Shown: positions 28,735 to 36,714 of the stretch, one piece after another | How positions within the stretch are numbered: the first letter of the stretch is position 1 | Layout of the letters: every line of letters starts with the position of its first letter | NCBI GenBank assembly: GCA_947458145.1 | Contig: CANGYM010000001.1 | Span: 1-53,680 of the forward strand | DNA length: 53,680 bases | From: Alphaproteobacteria bacterium | GTDB taxonomy: Bacteria; Pseudomonadota; Alphaproteobacteria; JAJTHO01; CANGYM01 | Direction of reading: 5' to 3' | The notes under the pieces: model-generated | Seen by the model: the letters and a program-made list of their open reading frames with translations, nothing else | The model's database searches: none | What the model was told of the DNA's origin: nothing | Position numbers and translations under genes: made by a program

Positions 28735-30132
28735 ATGATCCGCACGCTTTCCGCCCTGTTAACCGTCTCTTTATGCTTTTCCGGCGGAGCGTACGCACAA
28801 GAGCCCAATCCAAAACAACCTGCGCCAATCACACAAGCCGCTCAAGAGACCAACAAAAACGATTCTTTTTACGAACAGCTTAATGTTTTTGGCGAAGTTT
28901 TAGAGCGCATCCGCACAGATTACGTCAAAGATACCGAGGAAAAGGACCTGATCGAGGCCGCCATTAACGGCATGCTGACCAGTCTGGACCCCCACTCGGC
29001 CTATCATAATGCCGAAGATTTCAAAAACATGCAGGTTGAACTCCGCGGTGAATTCGGCGGTTTGGGCATCGAAGTGACCATGGAAAATGGTTTGATTAAA
29101 ATCATGAGCCCCATTGATGACACGCCCGCATCCCGCGCCGGCCTGTTGTCAGGGGATTTCATCACCCACATTGATGACAAACCCGTTGTGGGCATGGCTT
29201 TGGATGATGCCGTTAAAAAAATGCGTGGCCCCGTCAACACCAAAGTGACCTTAACCATTCGTCGGGCGGACCAAGCCCCCTTTGATGTCACGCTGACGCG
29301 GGATACCATCGAAATTCAATCCGTGAAATCAGAGGTGATTGATCAGGTTGGCTATGTGCGCGTGCGCCGCTTTAATGAAAACACCTTTACGTCCCTAAAA
29401 GCCGCTTTGGAAACAATCGAAAAGAAATCCCCCAGCGTTTTGGGATATATTGTGGATTTGCGGAACAATCCAGGGGGGCCCCTGGATCAGGCTGTGTCTG
29501 TTTCGGATGCTTTTTTGGATGAGGGGGAAATTGTCTCCACCCGTGGACGTGACCCCAAGGAAATCCAGCGCTTTTTTGCCAAAAAAGGCGATCTGACAAA
29601 TGGCAAGCCCGTGGTGGTCTTGATTAATGAAGGCTCCGCTTCCGCCTCAGAAATCGTGGCCGGCGCATTAAAAGATCAGGGCCGCGCCATTTTAATCGGG
29701 GAAAAATCCTTTGGAAAAGGGTCCGTTCAATCCATCATTGCTATGCCTGGCCATGGCGCCATCCGTTTGACCACGGCGCTTTATTATACCCCCTCTGGCG
29801 TGTCCATTCAGGCCACGGGCATTACGCCTGATATTATTGTCCCCATCGCCCGCTTGGAAACACTGGATTACAAGGCCAACCGCGAATCCGACCTGATTGG
29901 CGCCATTACAAATGGTGAAACACCCGCCAATGACCAAGAGGCCCCCGAAACCAAAGACACCTTGCCAAAAGAAACACCCAAAGAAGACCAGAACCCCAAA
30001 AAAGATAATGGCAACGACAAAGGCAAGCCAGATGCTTTCACGGCCCCTGAAAAACCCGCTGATGATTATCAGGTGTCCCGTGGTGTGGATCTGGTTAAGG
30101 CGCTGGCCCTGTATAATCGCCAGAAAAAATAG
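28735..30132 (+). CDS. ctpA: Carboxy-terminal processing protease (peptidase S41)
   Basis: It has the signal peptide MIRTLSALLTVSLCFSGGAYAQ, a PDZ domain (GGLGIEV...GLLSGDFI), NNPGGPL and SASASEI...KSFGKGSVQ. I chose the ATG at 28735 over the TTG at 28711. Confidence 0.92.
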   Translation: MIRTLSALLTVSLCFSGGAYAQEPNPKQPAPITQAAQETNKNDSFYEQLNVFGEVLERIRTDYVKDTEEKDLIEAAINGMLTSLDPHSAYHNAEDFKNMQVELRGEFGGLGIEVTMENGLIKIMSPIDDTPASRAGLLSGDFITHIDDKPVVGMALDDAVKKMRGPVNTKVTLTIRRADQAPFDVTLTRDTIEIQSVKSEVIDQVGYVRVRRFNENTFTSLKAALETIEKKSPSVLGYIVDLRNNPGGPLDQAVSVSDAFLDEGEIVSTRGRDPKEIQRFFAKKGDLTNGKPVVVLINEGSASASEIVAGALKDQGRAILIGEKSFGKGSVQSIIAMPGHGAIRLTTALYYTPSGVSIQATGITPDIIVPIARLETLDYKANRESDLIGAITNGETPANDQEAPETKDTLPKETPKEDQNPKKDNGNDKGKPDAFTAPEKPADDYQVSRGVDLVKALALYNRQKK

Positions 30133-30143
30133 GAAAGCACCCC

Positions 30144-31661
30144 GTGCCCGCCACATCCTCGGATGCTGTGGAGAGGGCAACGCGGATGGAATGGCTTTAC
30201 GCCCTGACACTGTACGGCACCGTTCTGGTGTGGTGTCTTTTGCTGGTTTCAACAGAGGACTCTCGAACCATTCCCTACACAGCCCTGATGGCCATGGGGT
30301 TTATTGGGCTTTGGCGTTACGCTTGGCAAGCTTTGCACGCCCTGCGGGCCGTGACATACATTCGGGGACATTTTCCCCTTTATCGTCGGGCTGCTGATGC
30401 CCACAAAAACAACCTTCTTTTGGCTGATTATCCTTCGGTGGGATTCATTGTTCCTTCTTATAAAATGCCCCCCGCGATTTTTCAGGGCGTTTTTTCCAGC
30501 CTTTTGGCAGAAGCCCACGGGTATCCCGGCGCCGTCACCATCATTGCCGCTGTCACCACACAGGAAGAGGCATCGTGGATTCGGTCCCATTTTCTCCCCT
30601 ATTTTGAAAACAAACCGTCCCTAACCTGTGAGATTTTTTTACAAAAAGACACGGGAAAGCGGCAGGCCATGGCGCAGGCCCTATGGCGTTTAAAATCCTG
30701 CAGCCCCGTAGATCGTGTGATTTTGATGGACGGGGATACGGTTATTCGGGCAGGAACTTTGCAAAAATTGGTCGGTTTTTTTGAAACACAACCCGATTTA
30801 GGGGCCATCACCATAGACAATCGCCCCGTTTGCACAAACCATCATCGTCTGATTCAGGCTTGGTATAGCCTTCGGATGATCCAGCGGCACTGGCTGATGG
30901 CATCGATGAGTGTTTCGAGGTGCCTTTTGGTCCTGACGGGTCGATTTTCGGTGTTTCGGGGGCAACTGGCTTATGAAGATGGATTTTTACAGGCCATTGC
31001 CTCGGATAGCCTCCATCACTGGCGGCACGGACGCCTGACCATGTTAACAGGGGACGATAAATCCACGTGGTTTTATACCCTGAAGCAAGGGTGGTCTATG
31101 TTGTATATTCCCGATACCGTTTGTGAATCTATGGAAGAGCCTATTTCCCCCCATTTTCTAACGCATGCCCGCCTTTTGATGACGCGCTGGTTTGGCAATA
31201 TGATCCGCCACAGCAATCAAGCTTTGGCCCTGGGCCCCAAAAAAATCCCCTTTTTTGTATGGTGGTGCCTGCTGGATCAACGGATCTCGCCTTGGACAAC
31301 GATGATTGGCCCCACCGGTGCCTTTTTTTTGGCCCTGATTTACCACAGCGCCCTGATTCCTTTTTACGTGTTATGGGTCCTGATCAGTCGGGCAACGTGG
31401 GCCGGCATCCTGTGTATGATGCGGGGGCCTTTCCACCCGTATTTTCCGGCCCTGCTGTTTTTTGGACAGGTGTACGGGGCGGTGATCAAAATTCACACCA
31501 CCTTTCGCCTGCATCGCCAGCGATGGACACGCCAAAATTCTAGAGAATCCGAAGACACCAAAGAGCAGCGGTGGATGGCTATTGTTCTGGAATCGACCTC
31601 TTATGGGGCGTTTATCCTCGCGGTGGCGGTGGCGTCAAAATTTTTGATTCTGCGGATGTAG
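30144..31661 (+). CDS. Polytopic processive GT2 glycosyltransferase, Alg8 (mannuronan synthase)-like
   Basis: DTGKRQAMAQA, LMDGDTVI (DxD), LTGRFSVFRG, DSLHHWRHGRLTMLTGDDKSTWF, LMTRWFGNMIRHSNQAL (QxxRW-type) and FRLHRQRWTRQ are flanked by N- and C-terminal TM helices. The start is a GTG with an AGGAAA 7 nt upstream. The Alg8 resemblance is from memory of that family. Confidence 0.7.
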   Translation: MPATSSDAVERATRMEWLYALTLYGTVLVWCLLLVSTEDSRTIPYTALMAMGFIGLWRYAWQALHALRAVTYIRGHFPLYRRAADAHKNNLLLADYPSVGFIVPSYKMPPAIFQGVFSSLLAEAHGYPGAVTIIAAVTTQEEASWIRSHFLPYFENKPSLTCEIFLQKDTGKRQAMAQALWRLKSCSPVDRVILMDGDTVIRAGTLQKLVGFFETQPDLGAITIDNRPVCTNHHRLIQAWYSLRMIQRHWLMASMSVSRCLLVLTGRFSVFRGQLAYEDGFLQAIASDSLHHWRHGRLTMLTGDDKSTWFYTLKQGWSMLYIPDTVCESMEEPISPHFLTHARLLMTRWFGNMIRHSNQALALGPKKIPFFVWWCLLDQRISPWTTMIGPTGAFFLALIYHSALIPFYVLWVLISRATWAGILCMMRGPFHPYFPALLFFGQVYGAVIKIHTTFRLHRQRWTRQNSRESEDTKEQRWMAIVLESTSYGAFILAVAVASKFLILRM

Positions 31662-31917
31662 AGTTAAGAAAAAATCCATCCAATACAGACTTTAAATCCA
31701 AAGGCAGATCGCTAGGCAAGGGAACGTGACCAAAAATCATCGCCATCAGCTCTGGTTCGGGGCACTGCAAAAAAGCCTCTAACGCAGGCAAAAGATCAGG
31801 GGGGAGGTGGGGCAGAACCTCCCCCCTGACACGGTTCATCACTTGATCCAGCTCTTTGGTGCCGCGATAGGTTAAACGGTACGCTATTTTTTTTCTAAGA
31901 ACGTCCGCAGAGTCCAT
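31612..31917 (-). CDS. sdhE: FAD assembly factor SdhE (SDHAF2/Sdh5 family)
   Basis: LRKKIAYRLTYRGTKELDQVM... contains the RGxxE motif. It is followed by a ...LLPALEAFLQCPEPELMAMIFG helix pattern. Confidence 0.8.
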   Translation of the reverse strand: MDSADVLRKKIAYRLTYRGTKELDQVMNRVRGEVLPHLPPDLLPALEAFLQCPEPELMAMIFGHVPLPSDLPLDLKSVLDGFFLNSTSAESKILTPPPPRG

Positions 31918-31922
31918 AAGAT

Positions 31923-32321
31923 CTAAGCCACAGCCCGTTTTATCTGGGCATCCAAACGTCCCAAACGCACATAAATATCATTGCTGCGTTTTAACAGGAT
32001 GCGCAGTCCGTCAGGCAAGGTTTCCGAAGCCTCCTCTTCCTGAAAACGGCAAATGTCGTCGTTGGTGATGGTAAATCCCATGGCGGCAGCGTCTTCGCCA
32101 CTCATTTCCCCTTTTTGAACGGCACGTTGGGCCAACAGCCAAGACATCATTTCCAAAAGACGTGACGTTAAACGGGTGGCGTGATAGGTCATGGCCAAAC
32201 GGTCCTGAACCTTGGCGTTCTGGCGCAGTCCTGGCAGGACGAATTTGATGTAATTTTTAGCTTCACAGAGCACGTCATGAACATCTTTGTATGTGTTATC
32301 CAAAAGAAAAGCGATAGCCAT
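31923..32321 (-). CDS. rcdA: DUF1465 / RcdA-like protease adaptor (regulator of CtrA degradation)
   Basis: LAMTYHATRLTSRLLEMMSWLLAQRAVQKGEMS matches the conserved RcdA core as I recall it. An AGGAGA Shine-Dalgarno lies 6 nt upstream. Confidence 0.7.
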   Translation of the reverse strand: MAIAFLLDNTYKDVHDVLCEAKNYIKFVLPGLRQNAKVQDRLAMTYHATRLTSRLLEMMSWLLAQRAVQKGEMSGEDAAAMGFTITNDDICRFQEEEASETLPDGLRILLKRSNDIYVRLGRLDAQIKRAVA

Positions 32322-32340
32322 GAAAAGTCTCCTGATGGTG

Positions 32341-32355
32341 TTAAGGTTTTTTTAA
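32341..32355. promoter_or_regulatory. TTAA-N7-TTAA (CtrA-box consensus) upstream of rcdA
   Basis: ttaaggtttttttaa is read directly, 20-34 nt upstream of the rcdA ATG. The context is AT-rich, so a chance match is plausible. Confidence 0.25.
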
Positions 32356-32400
32356 GTATTCCCTATTAAATCATTTTTTAACTAAAATGTCAACACTTTT

Positions 32401-32901
32401 TTAACCTTTGGTGGGCGCGGCGCTTTTTATTCTTTTGAACACCCAAAGGCCCCAGCCAAGCATGGCCCCAGAAAGCACCATATTCATATCGGCCATACTC
32501 AACCCCGCCAACAAAAAAGCAGGTCGATCGCAGGGCGTCACCGTCGCTTGGCGGATCATCGCCTCCAGCTCCGCAATGCTATCCGCCCCTTGAGAAGAAC
32601 TGGCGCAGGCTGGAAAGGTCCAAAGCCCCGCCTCAACCCCTGCATGATACCCCCCTAGGATCAGGCTGATCGCCCAGACCCCCATCAACAGCAGCGTTAT
32701 TATCTTGCTGTACCCTTTGAATGCAAACCCTGCAACCAAACCTACCACCAAAACAGCAAAATACGGCAACCTTTGGTAAAGACAAAGAGGACAAGGCTGC
32801 AGGTTGAAACCATACTGAGCCACAAAAACCACCAACAGGGCAGCGGCGGCCAAGGTGGCGCTGACGGCAGCATAGGAAGAAGGGTGCAAAAACGATTTCA
32901 T
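32401..32901 (-). CDS. dsbB: Disulfide bond formation protein B family
   Basis: CPLCLYQR (CxxC after TM1), a second Cys pair in the periplasmic loop (PACASS...TPCD), and four TM helices. Confidence 0.85.
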   Translation of the reverse strand: MKSFLHPSSYAAVSATLAAAALLVVFVAQYGFNLQPCPLCLYQRLPYFAVLVVGLVAGFAFKGYSKIITLLLMGVWAISLILGGYHAGVEAGLWTFPACASSSQGADSIAELEAMIRQATVTPCDRPAFLLAGLSMADMNMVLSGAMLGWGLWVFKRIKSAAPTKG

Positions 32902-32960
32902 GACGCCCCATTATGACACAACCGGATGCACGAAACACAAAAAATAAACAACGCCGCCCC

Positions 32961-32988
32961 CTTGAAACCCTAAAAAATTTCCCCATAT
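32961..32988 (+). promoter_or_regulatory. RpoH (sigma-32) promoter for dnaK
   Basis: CTTGAAA (32961-32967), a 13-nt spacer, then CCCCATAT (32981-32988). This is an essentially perfect match to CTTGAAA-N13-15-CCCCATNT, 51 nt before the dnaK ATG. Confidence 0.75.
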
Positions 32989-33038
32989 TCTTTATCAAAC
33001 GGAAATACGTTTACGATGATTTCAAACAGGGAAACACT

Positions 33039-34943
33039 ATGTCAAAGATTATTGGGATTGATTTGGGAACCACGAACTCTTGCGTGGCCTTTCGGGATGG
33101 CAACCAAACGGTTGTGATTGAAAACGCTGAGGGTGCCCGCACAACCCCCTCCATCGTGGCCTTTGCTAAGGGTGAGCGCCTGGTGGGACAACCCGCGAAA
33201 CGCCAAGCCGTCACCAACCACAAAAACACCATTTTTGCGGTCAAACGCCTGATTGGTCGCCGTTTTGACGATCCGTTGACCCAAAAAGATCAGGGGATGG
33301 TCCCCTATAGCATTATTAAGGGCAACAATGGAGATGCTTGGGTTGAGGCCGAAGGCACACCCTATTCCCCCAGCCAAATCAGTGCCTTTATCCTGCAAAA
33401 AATGAAAGACACGGCCGAGCGCTATTTGGGCGAAACCGTGACGCAGGCTGTTATTACCGTTCCCGCGTATTTTAACGATGCCCAGCGCCAAGCCACACGG
33501 GATGCCGGAAAAATTGCCGGTCTGGATGTTTTGCGGATTATTAATGAACCCACGGCCGCTGCTTTGGCCTATGGTCTGGATAAAAAATCCGGCGGCAAAA
33601 TTGTTGTTTATGACTTGGGGGGCGGAACCTTTGATGTTTCCGTTCTGGAAATCGGAGATGGCGTTTTCGAAGTCAAGGCCACCAACGGCGATACGTTCTT
33701 GGGCGGCGAAGACTTTGACAACCGGATTATTGATTATCTGGCGGCAGAGTTTAAAAAAGACAACAGCATTGACTTAAAAGCTGATCCTTTGGCCCTGCAG
33801 CGCCTGAAAGAGGCAGCAGAAAAAGCCAAAATTGAACTGTCCAGCTCGGTGCAAACCGACGTCAACCTGCCCTTTATTACCGCAGACCAAACGGGACCCA
33901 AGCACCTGAATGTGCCCCTAAGCCGCGCCAAATTGGAATCGTTGGTTGAGGACCTTTTGCAGCGCACGATGGAGCCGTGCAAAGCCGCCCTTAAAGATGC
34001 AGACCTGAAACCGTCTGACATTGACGAAGTGATCTTAGTGGGGGGCATGACCCGCATGCCCAAAGTCCAAGAATTGGTCAAAGCCTTTTTCGGCAAAGAA
34101 CCCCACAAAGGCGTCAATCCTGATGAAGTGGTGGCCATCGGCGCCGCCATTCAGGGGGGTGTTCTGCGGGGGGATGTCAAGGATGTGCTGCTTTTGGACG
34201 TCACCCCTCTGTCTTTGGGGATTGAAACCTTGGGCGGTGTGTTCACGCGCCTGATTGAACGCAACACCACCATTCCCGCCAAGAAAGGCCAAGTCTTTTC
34301 CACCGCCGAAGATAACCAGAATGCGGTGACCATCCGTGTATTTCAGGGTGAACGGGAAATGGCTGCTGACAATAAACTGCTGGGGCAGTTTGATTTGATG
34401 GGCATCCCCCCCGCCCCTCGCGGCATGCCACAAATCGAGGTCACTTTTGACATTGACGCCAACGGGATTGTGAATGTTTCGGCCAAAGACAAAGCCACGA
34501 ACAAAGAGCAGCAAATCCGCATCCAAGCGTCCGGCGGCCTGAGCGATGCCGACGTGGAAAAAATGATCAAAGATGCCGAGGCCAACGCAGAGTCCGACAA
34601 AAAAAAACGTGAACTTGTGGAACACCGCAACCAAGCCGAAACCCTGATCCAAACAGCCGAGAAAAACTTGGCAGAGTACGGATCCCACGTTTCAGACGCT
34701 GAAAAACAGGCCATTCAAACGGCCATCACCGATCTGAAAGCGGCGCGGGAAACCGATGATGTGTCTCTGATCACAGAAAAAACCAGCACCTTGGCCCAAG
34801 CCACCATGAAATTGGGCGAAGCCATGTATAAGGACCAGCAAGAGAACGCCTCTTCTGAGCAGCCTTCCAATACCAACCAAGGTGAAAACATCGTTGATGC
34901 TGATTTTGAAGAGGTCAATGAAAACGACAAAAAATCCGCCTAA
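33039..34943 (+). CDS. dnaK: Chaperone DnaK (Hsp70)
   Basis: [27 protein letters not shown] and [14 protein letters not shown] chose the ATG at 33039 with an AGGGAA Shine-Dalgarno; the track start 32913 is upstream of the promoter. Confidence 0.98.
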   Translation: MSKIIGIDLGTTNSCVAFRDGNQTVVIENAEGARTTPSIVAFAKGERLVGQPAKRQAVTNHKNTIFAVKRLIGRRFDDPLTQKDQGMVPYSIIKGNNGDAWVEAEGTPYSPSQISAFILQKMKDTAERYLGETVTQAVITVPAYFNDAQRQATRDAGKIAGLDVLRIINEPTAAALAYGLDKKSGGKIVVYDLGGGTFDVSVLEIGDGVFEVKATNGDTFLGGEDFDNRIIDYLAAEFKKDNSIDLKADPLALQRLKEAAEKAKIELSSSVQTDVNLPFITADQTGPKHLNVPLSRAKLESLVEDLLQRTMEPCKAALKDADLKPSDIDEVILVGGMTRMPKVQELVKAFFGKEPHKGVNPDEVVAIGAAIQGGVLRGDVKDVLLLDVTPLSLGIETLGGVFTRLIERNTTIPAKKGQVFSTAEDNQNAVTIRVFQGEREMAADNKLLGQFDLMGIPPAPRGMPQIEVTFDIDANGIVNVSAKDKATNKEQQIRIQASGGLSDADVEKMIKDAEANAESDKKKRELVEHRNQAETLIQTAEKNLAEYGSHVSDAEKQAIQTAITDLKAARETDDVSLITEKTSTLAQATMKLGEAMYKDQQENASSEQPSNTNQGENIVDADFEEVNENDKKSA

Positions 34944-34950
34944 AGATCAA

Positions 34951-34976
34951 GGGGGTCGGAGGGTCCCCTTTTTTTT
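34951..34976 (+). terminator. Rho-independent terminator after dnaK
   Basis: GGGGGTC-GGAG-GGTCCCC forms a 7-bp stem including two G-U pairs. It is followed by T8 (34969-34976). Confidence 0.7.
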
Positions 34977-35004
34977 ACGCCCCTTTTCCCATATTTCTCG
35001 TTTT

Positions 35005-36294
35005 TTGCGGCAAGTGTCGCCCCAGAGCCTTTTGGGGCGGTCTTTTTTAATCATGGCCCTACCCATCATTTTGGCACAGGGCGCCACCAGCTATGTTTTT
35101 TTCAACCATCATTGGGATACACTTGAACGGCGACTGGCCATAACCTTGGCCAACGAAATGGTCATGCTGGTGCAGGCAGAGGCCAAAGCCCATCCCCACG
35201 TCCCCGATATGGCCGCCGCTTTGGATATTGATTTCACTCGCAGCACCCCTTCCTCAAAAACCGATACCCGCCACAGTGTTTTGGGATGGCTGACCTCTCT
35301 GTTTGATCAGGAAGGCATGCTGCGGCGCGAGCTGGAAAGCCGACTTCCTTATCCCCTGACGGTGGAAACCAGCAAAAGCTGGGTCAGGGTTACGGTGTTT
35401 TTACCCCAGCATCAAATCACCCTCAGCACCACGCCCAAAAAGATTTTTTCCAGCACGGTCTTTGTTTATGTTCTGTGGTCTGTTGGGCTGTGCATCCTTC
35501 TGGTTGTGGTGGCTTGGGGGTTTATGCGCAACCAGATGCACCCCATACGCGACTTGGCCATGGCCGCCGAGGCCTTTGGTCAAGAGGGCACCCCCAAACG
35601 CCTAAAACCCCGCGGGGCCTTAGAAGTCCGCAAAGCCACTCGCGCCTTTAACACCATGCAGGACAATATCCTAAAAAACGTGGCCGAGCGCACGGAGATG
35701 CTGGCCGGCATTTCCCATGATCTTCGCACCCCATTAACCCGCCTGCGTCTGGCTCTGGAAATGACACCGGAAGACATTAAGCAGGACATGCTGCCCGATG
35801 TTTTGGAGATGCAGGCCATGATCGATTCCTATCTGGCCTTTGCGCGGGATGATCAGGGGGAAGACTGGCAATGTGTGGAACTGAGATCTTTTTTAGACAC
35901 CTTGGCATCCTCTTTTGAGGTCGAAAAACTAAAGATTTTACCCAGTGATTCTGTCAACGTCCGTGCCAAACCCCTGTTGTTGCGGCGATGTTTGGTAAAT
36001 CTGATCAACAACGCCCTCACCTATGGCACCCTGTGTACCCTCAGCATTCAGGGCCACAAAGGATATGTGGACATCACCGTTGCCGATAATGGCCCAGGCC
36101 TGACCCCAGAGGCCTTTGAGCGAGCCAAAACACCCTTTGTTCGTTTGGAAGATGAGCGTCCCGTTGTGGCGGGCCACGTGGGGCTGGGTTTATCCATTGC
36201 CGAGGATATTGCCAAACGGCACGGACATCCTTTGCGTTTAGAAGCAGAAAACGCCAAGGGCGCCAACATTACCCTGCGGCTTTCCCCATGGTGA
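35005..36294 (+). CDS. EnvZ-like sensor histidine kinase (2 TM, HAMP, HisKA, HATPase_c), orphan
   Basis: H-box MLAGISHDLRTPLTRL, N-box LINNALTYG, G1 DNGPGL and G2 GLGLSIA. The start is uncertain: TTG 35005, GTG 35014 or ATG 35053. The track start 34882 lies inside dnaK and upstream of its terminator, so I rejected it. Confidence 0.85.
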   Translation: MRQVSPQSLLGRSFLIMALPIILAQGATSYVFFNHHWDTLERRLAITLANEMVMLVQAEAKAHPHVPDMAAALDIDFTRSTPSSKTDTRHSVLGWLTSLFDQEGMLRRELESRLPYPLTVETSKSWVRVTVFLPQHQITLSTTPKKIFSSTVFVYVLWSVGLCILLVVVAWGFMRNQMHPIRDLAMAAEAFGQEGTPKRLKPRGALEVRKATRAFNTMQDNILKNVAERTEMLAGISHDLRTPLTRLRLALEMTPEDIKQDMLPDVLEMQAMIDSYLAFARDDQGEDWQCVELRSFLDTLASSFEVEKLKILPSDSVNVRAKPLLLRRCLVNLINNALTYGTLCTLSIQGHKGYVDITVADNGPGLTPEAFERAKTPFVRLEDERPVVAGHVGLGLSIAEDIAKRHGHPLRLEAENAKGANITLRLSPW

Positions 36295-36695
36295 TTCGTC
36301 CACACACTCCAGACGATGGGCCCGCGCTTTGGACTTTACACCAAAAAACGGGCCTGTCCCCCTTTCATCAATCAGAATTTGGAAACTGGCTGAAGCAACA
36401 TATCACTTGGGTTGCCGTGTGGCAGGGGAACCTTGCTGGTTTTGTATTGATCCAAGACACCCTCGATCATCAGGATGTGCTGCTTTTGGCTGTGGATCCC
36501 CTATATCGTCGCCAAGGCATCGCACGCAGCCTGCTGCAAACGCTTTTCCCGCTCAAAAAACCGCTTTTTGTTGAGGTTGAAGACACAAACACCGATGCCA
36601 TGAACCTGTACCAAACCTTGGGCTTTCAACCCATAGGAGGGCGGCACAATTATTATGGTCCCAGCCGCCATGCGTTGGTCATGCGTTTGCAATAA
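36288..36695 (+). CDS. rimI: GNAT N-acetyltransferase, RimI-like
   Basis: LLAVDPLYRRQGIARSLL is the acetyl-CoA Q/RxxGxG/A motif, and ...NTDAMNLYQTLGF follows. It overlaps the kinase stop by 7 nt. Confidence 0.7.
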   Translation: MVIRPHTPDDGPALWTLHQKTGLSPFHQSEFGNWLKQHITWVAVWQGNLAGFVLIQDTLDHQDVLLLAVDPLYRRQGIARSLLQTLFPLKKPLFVEVEDTNTDAMNLYQTLGFQPIGGRHNYYGPSRHALVMRLQ

Positions 36696-36714
36696 ACATC
36701 CCTGCCGCAGCGTC

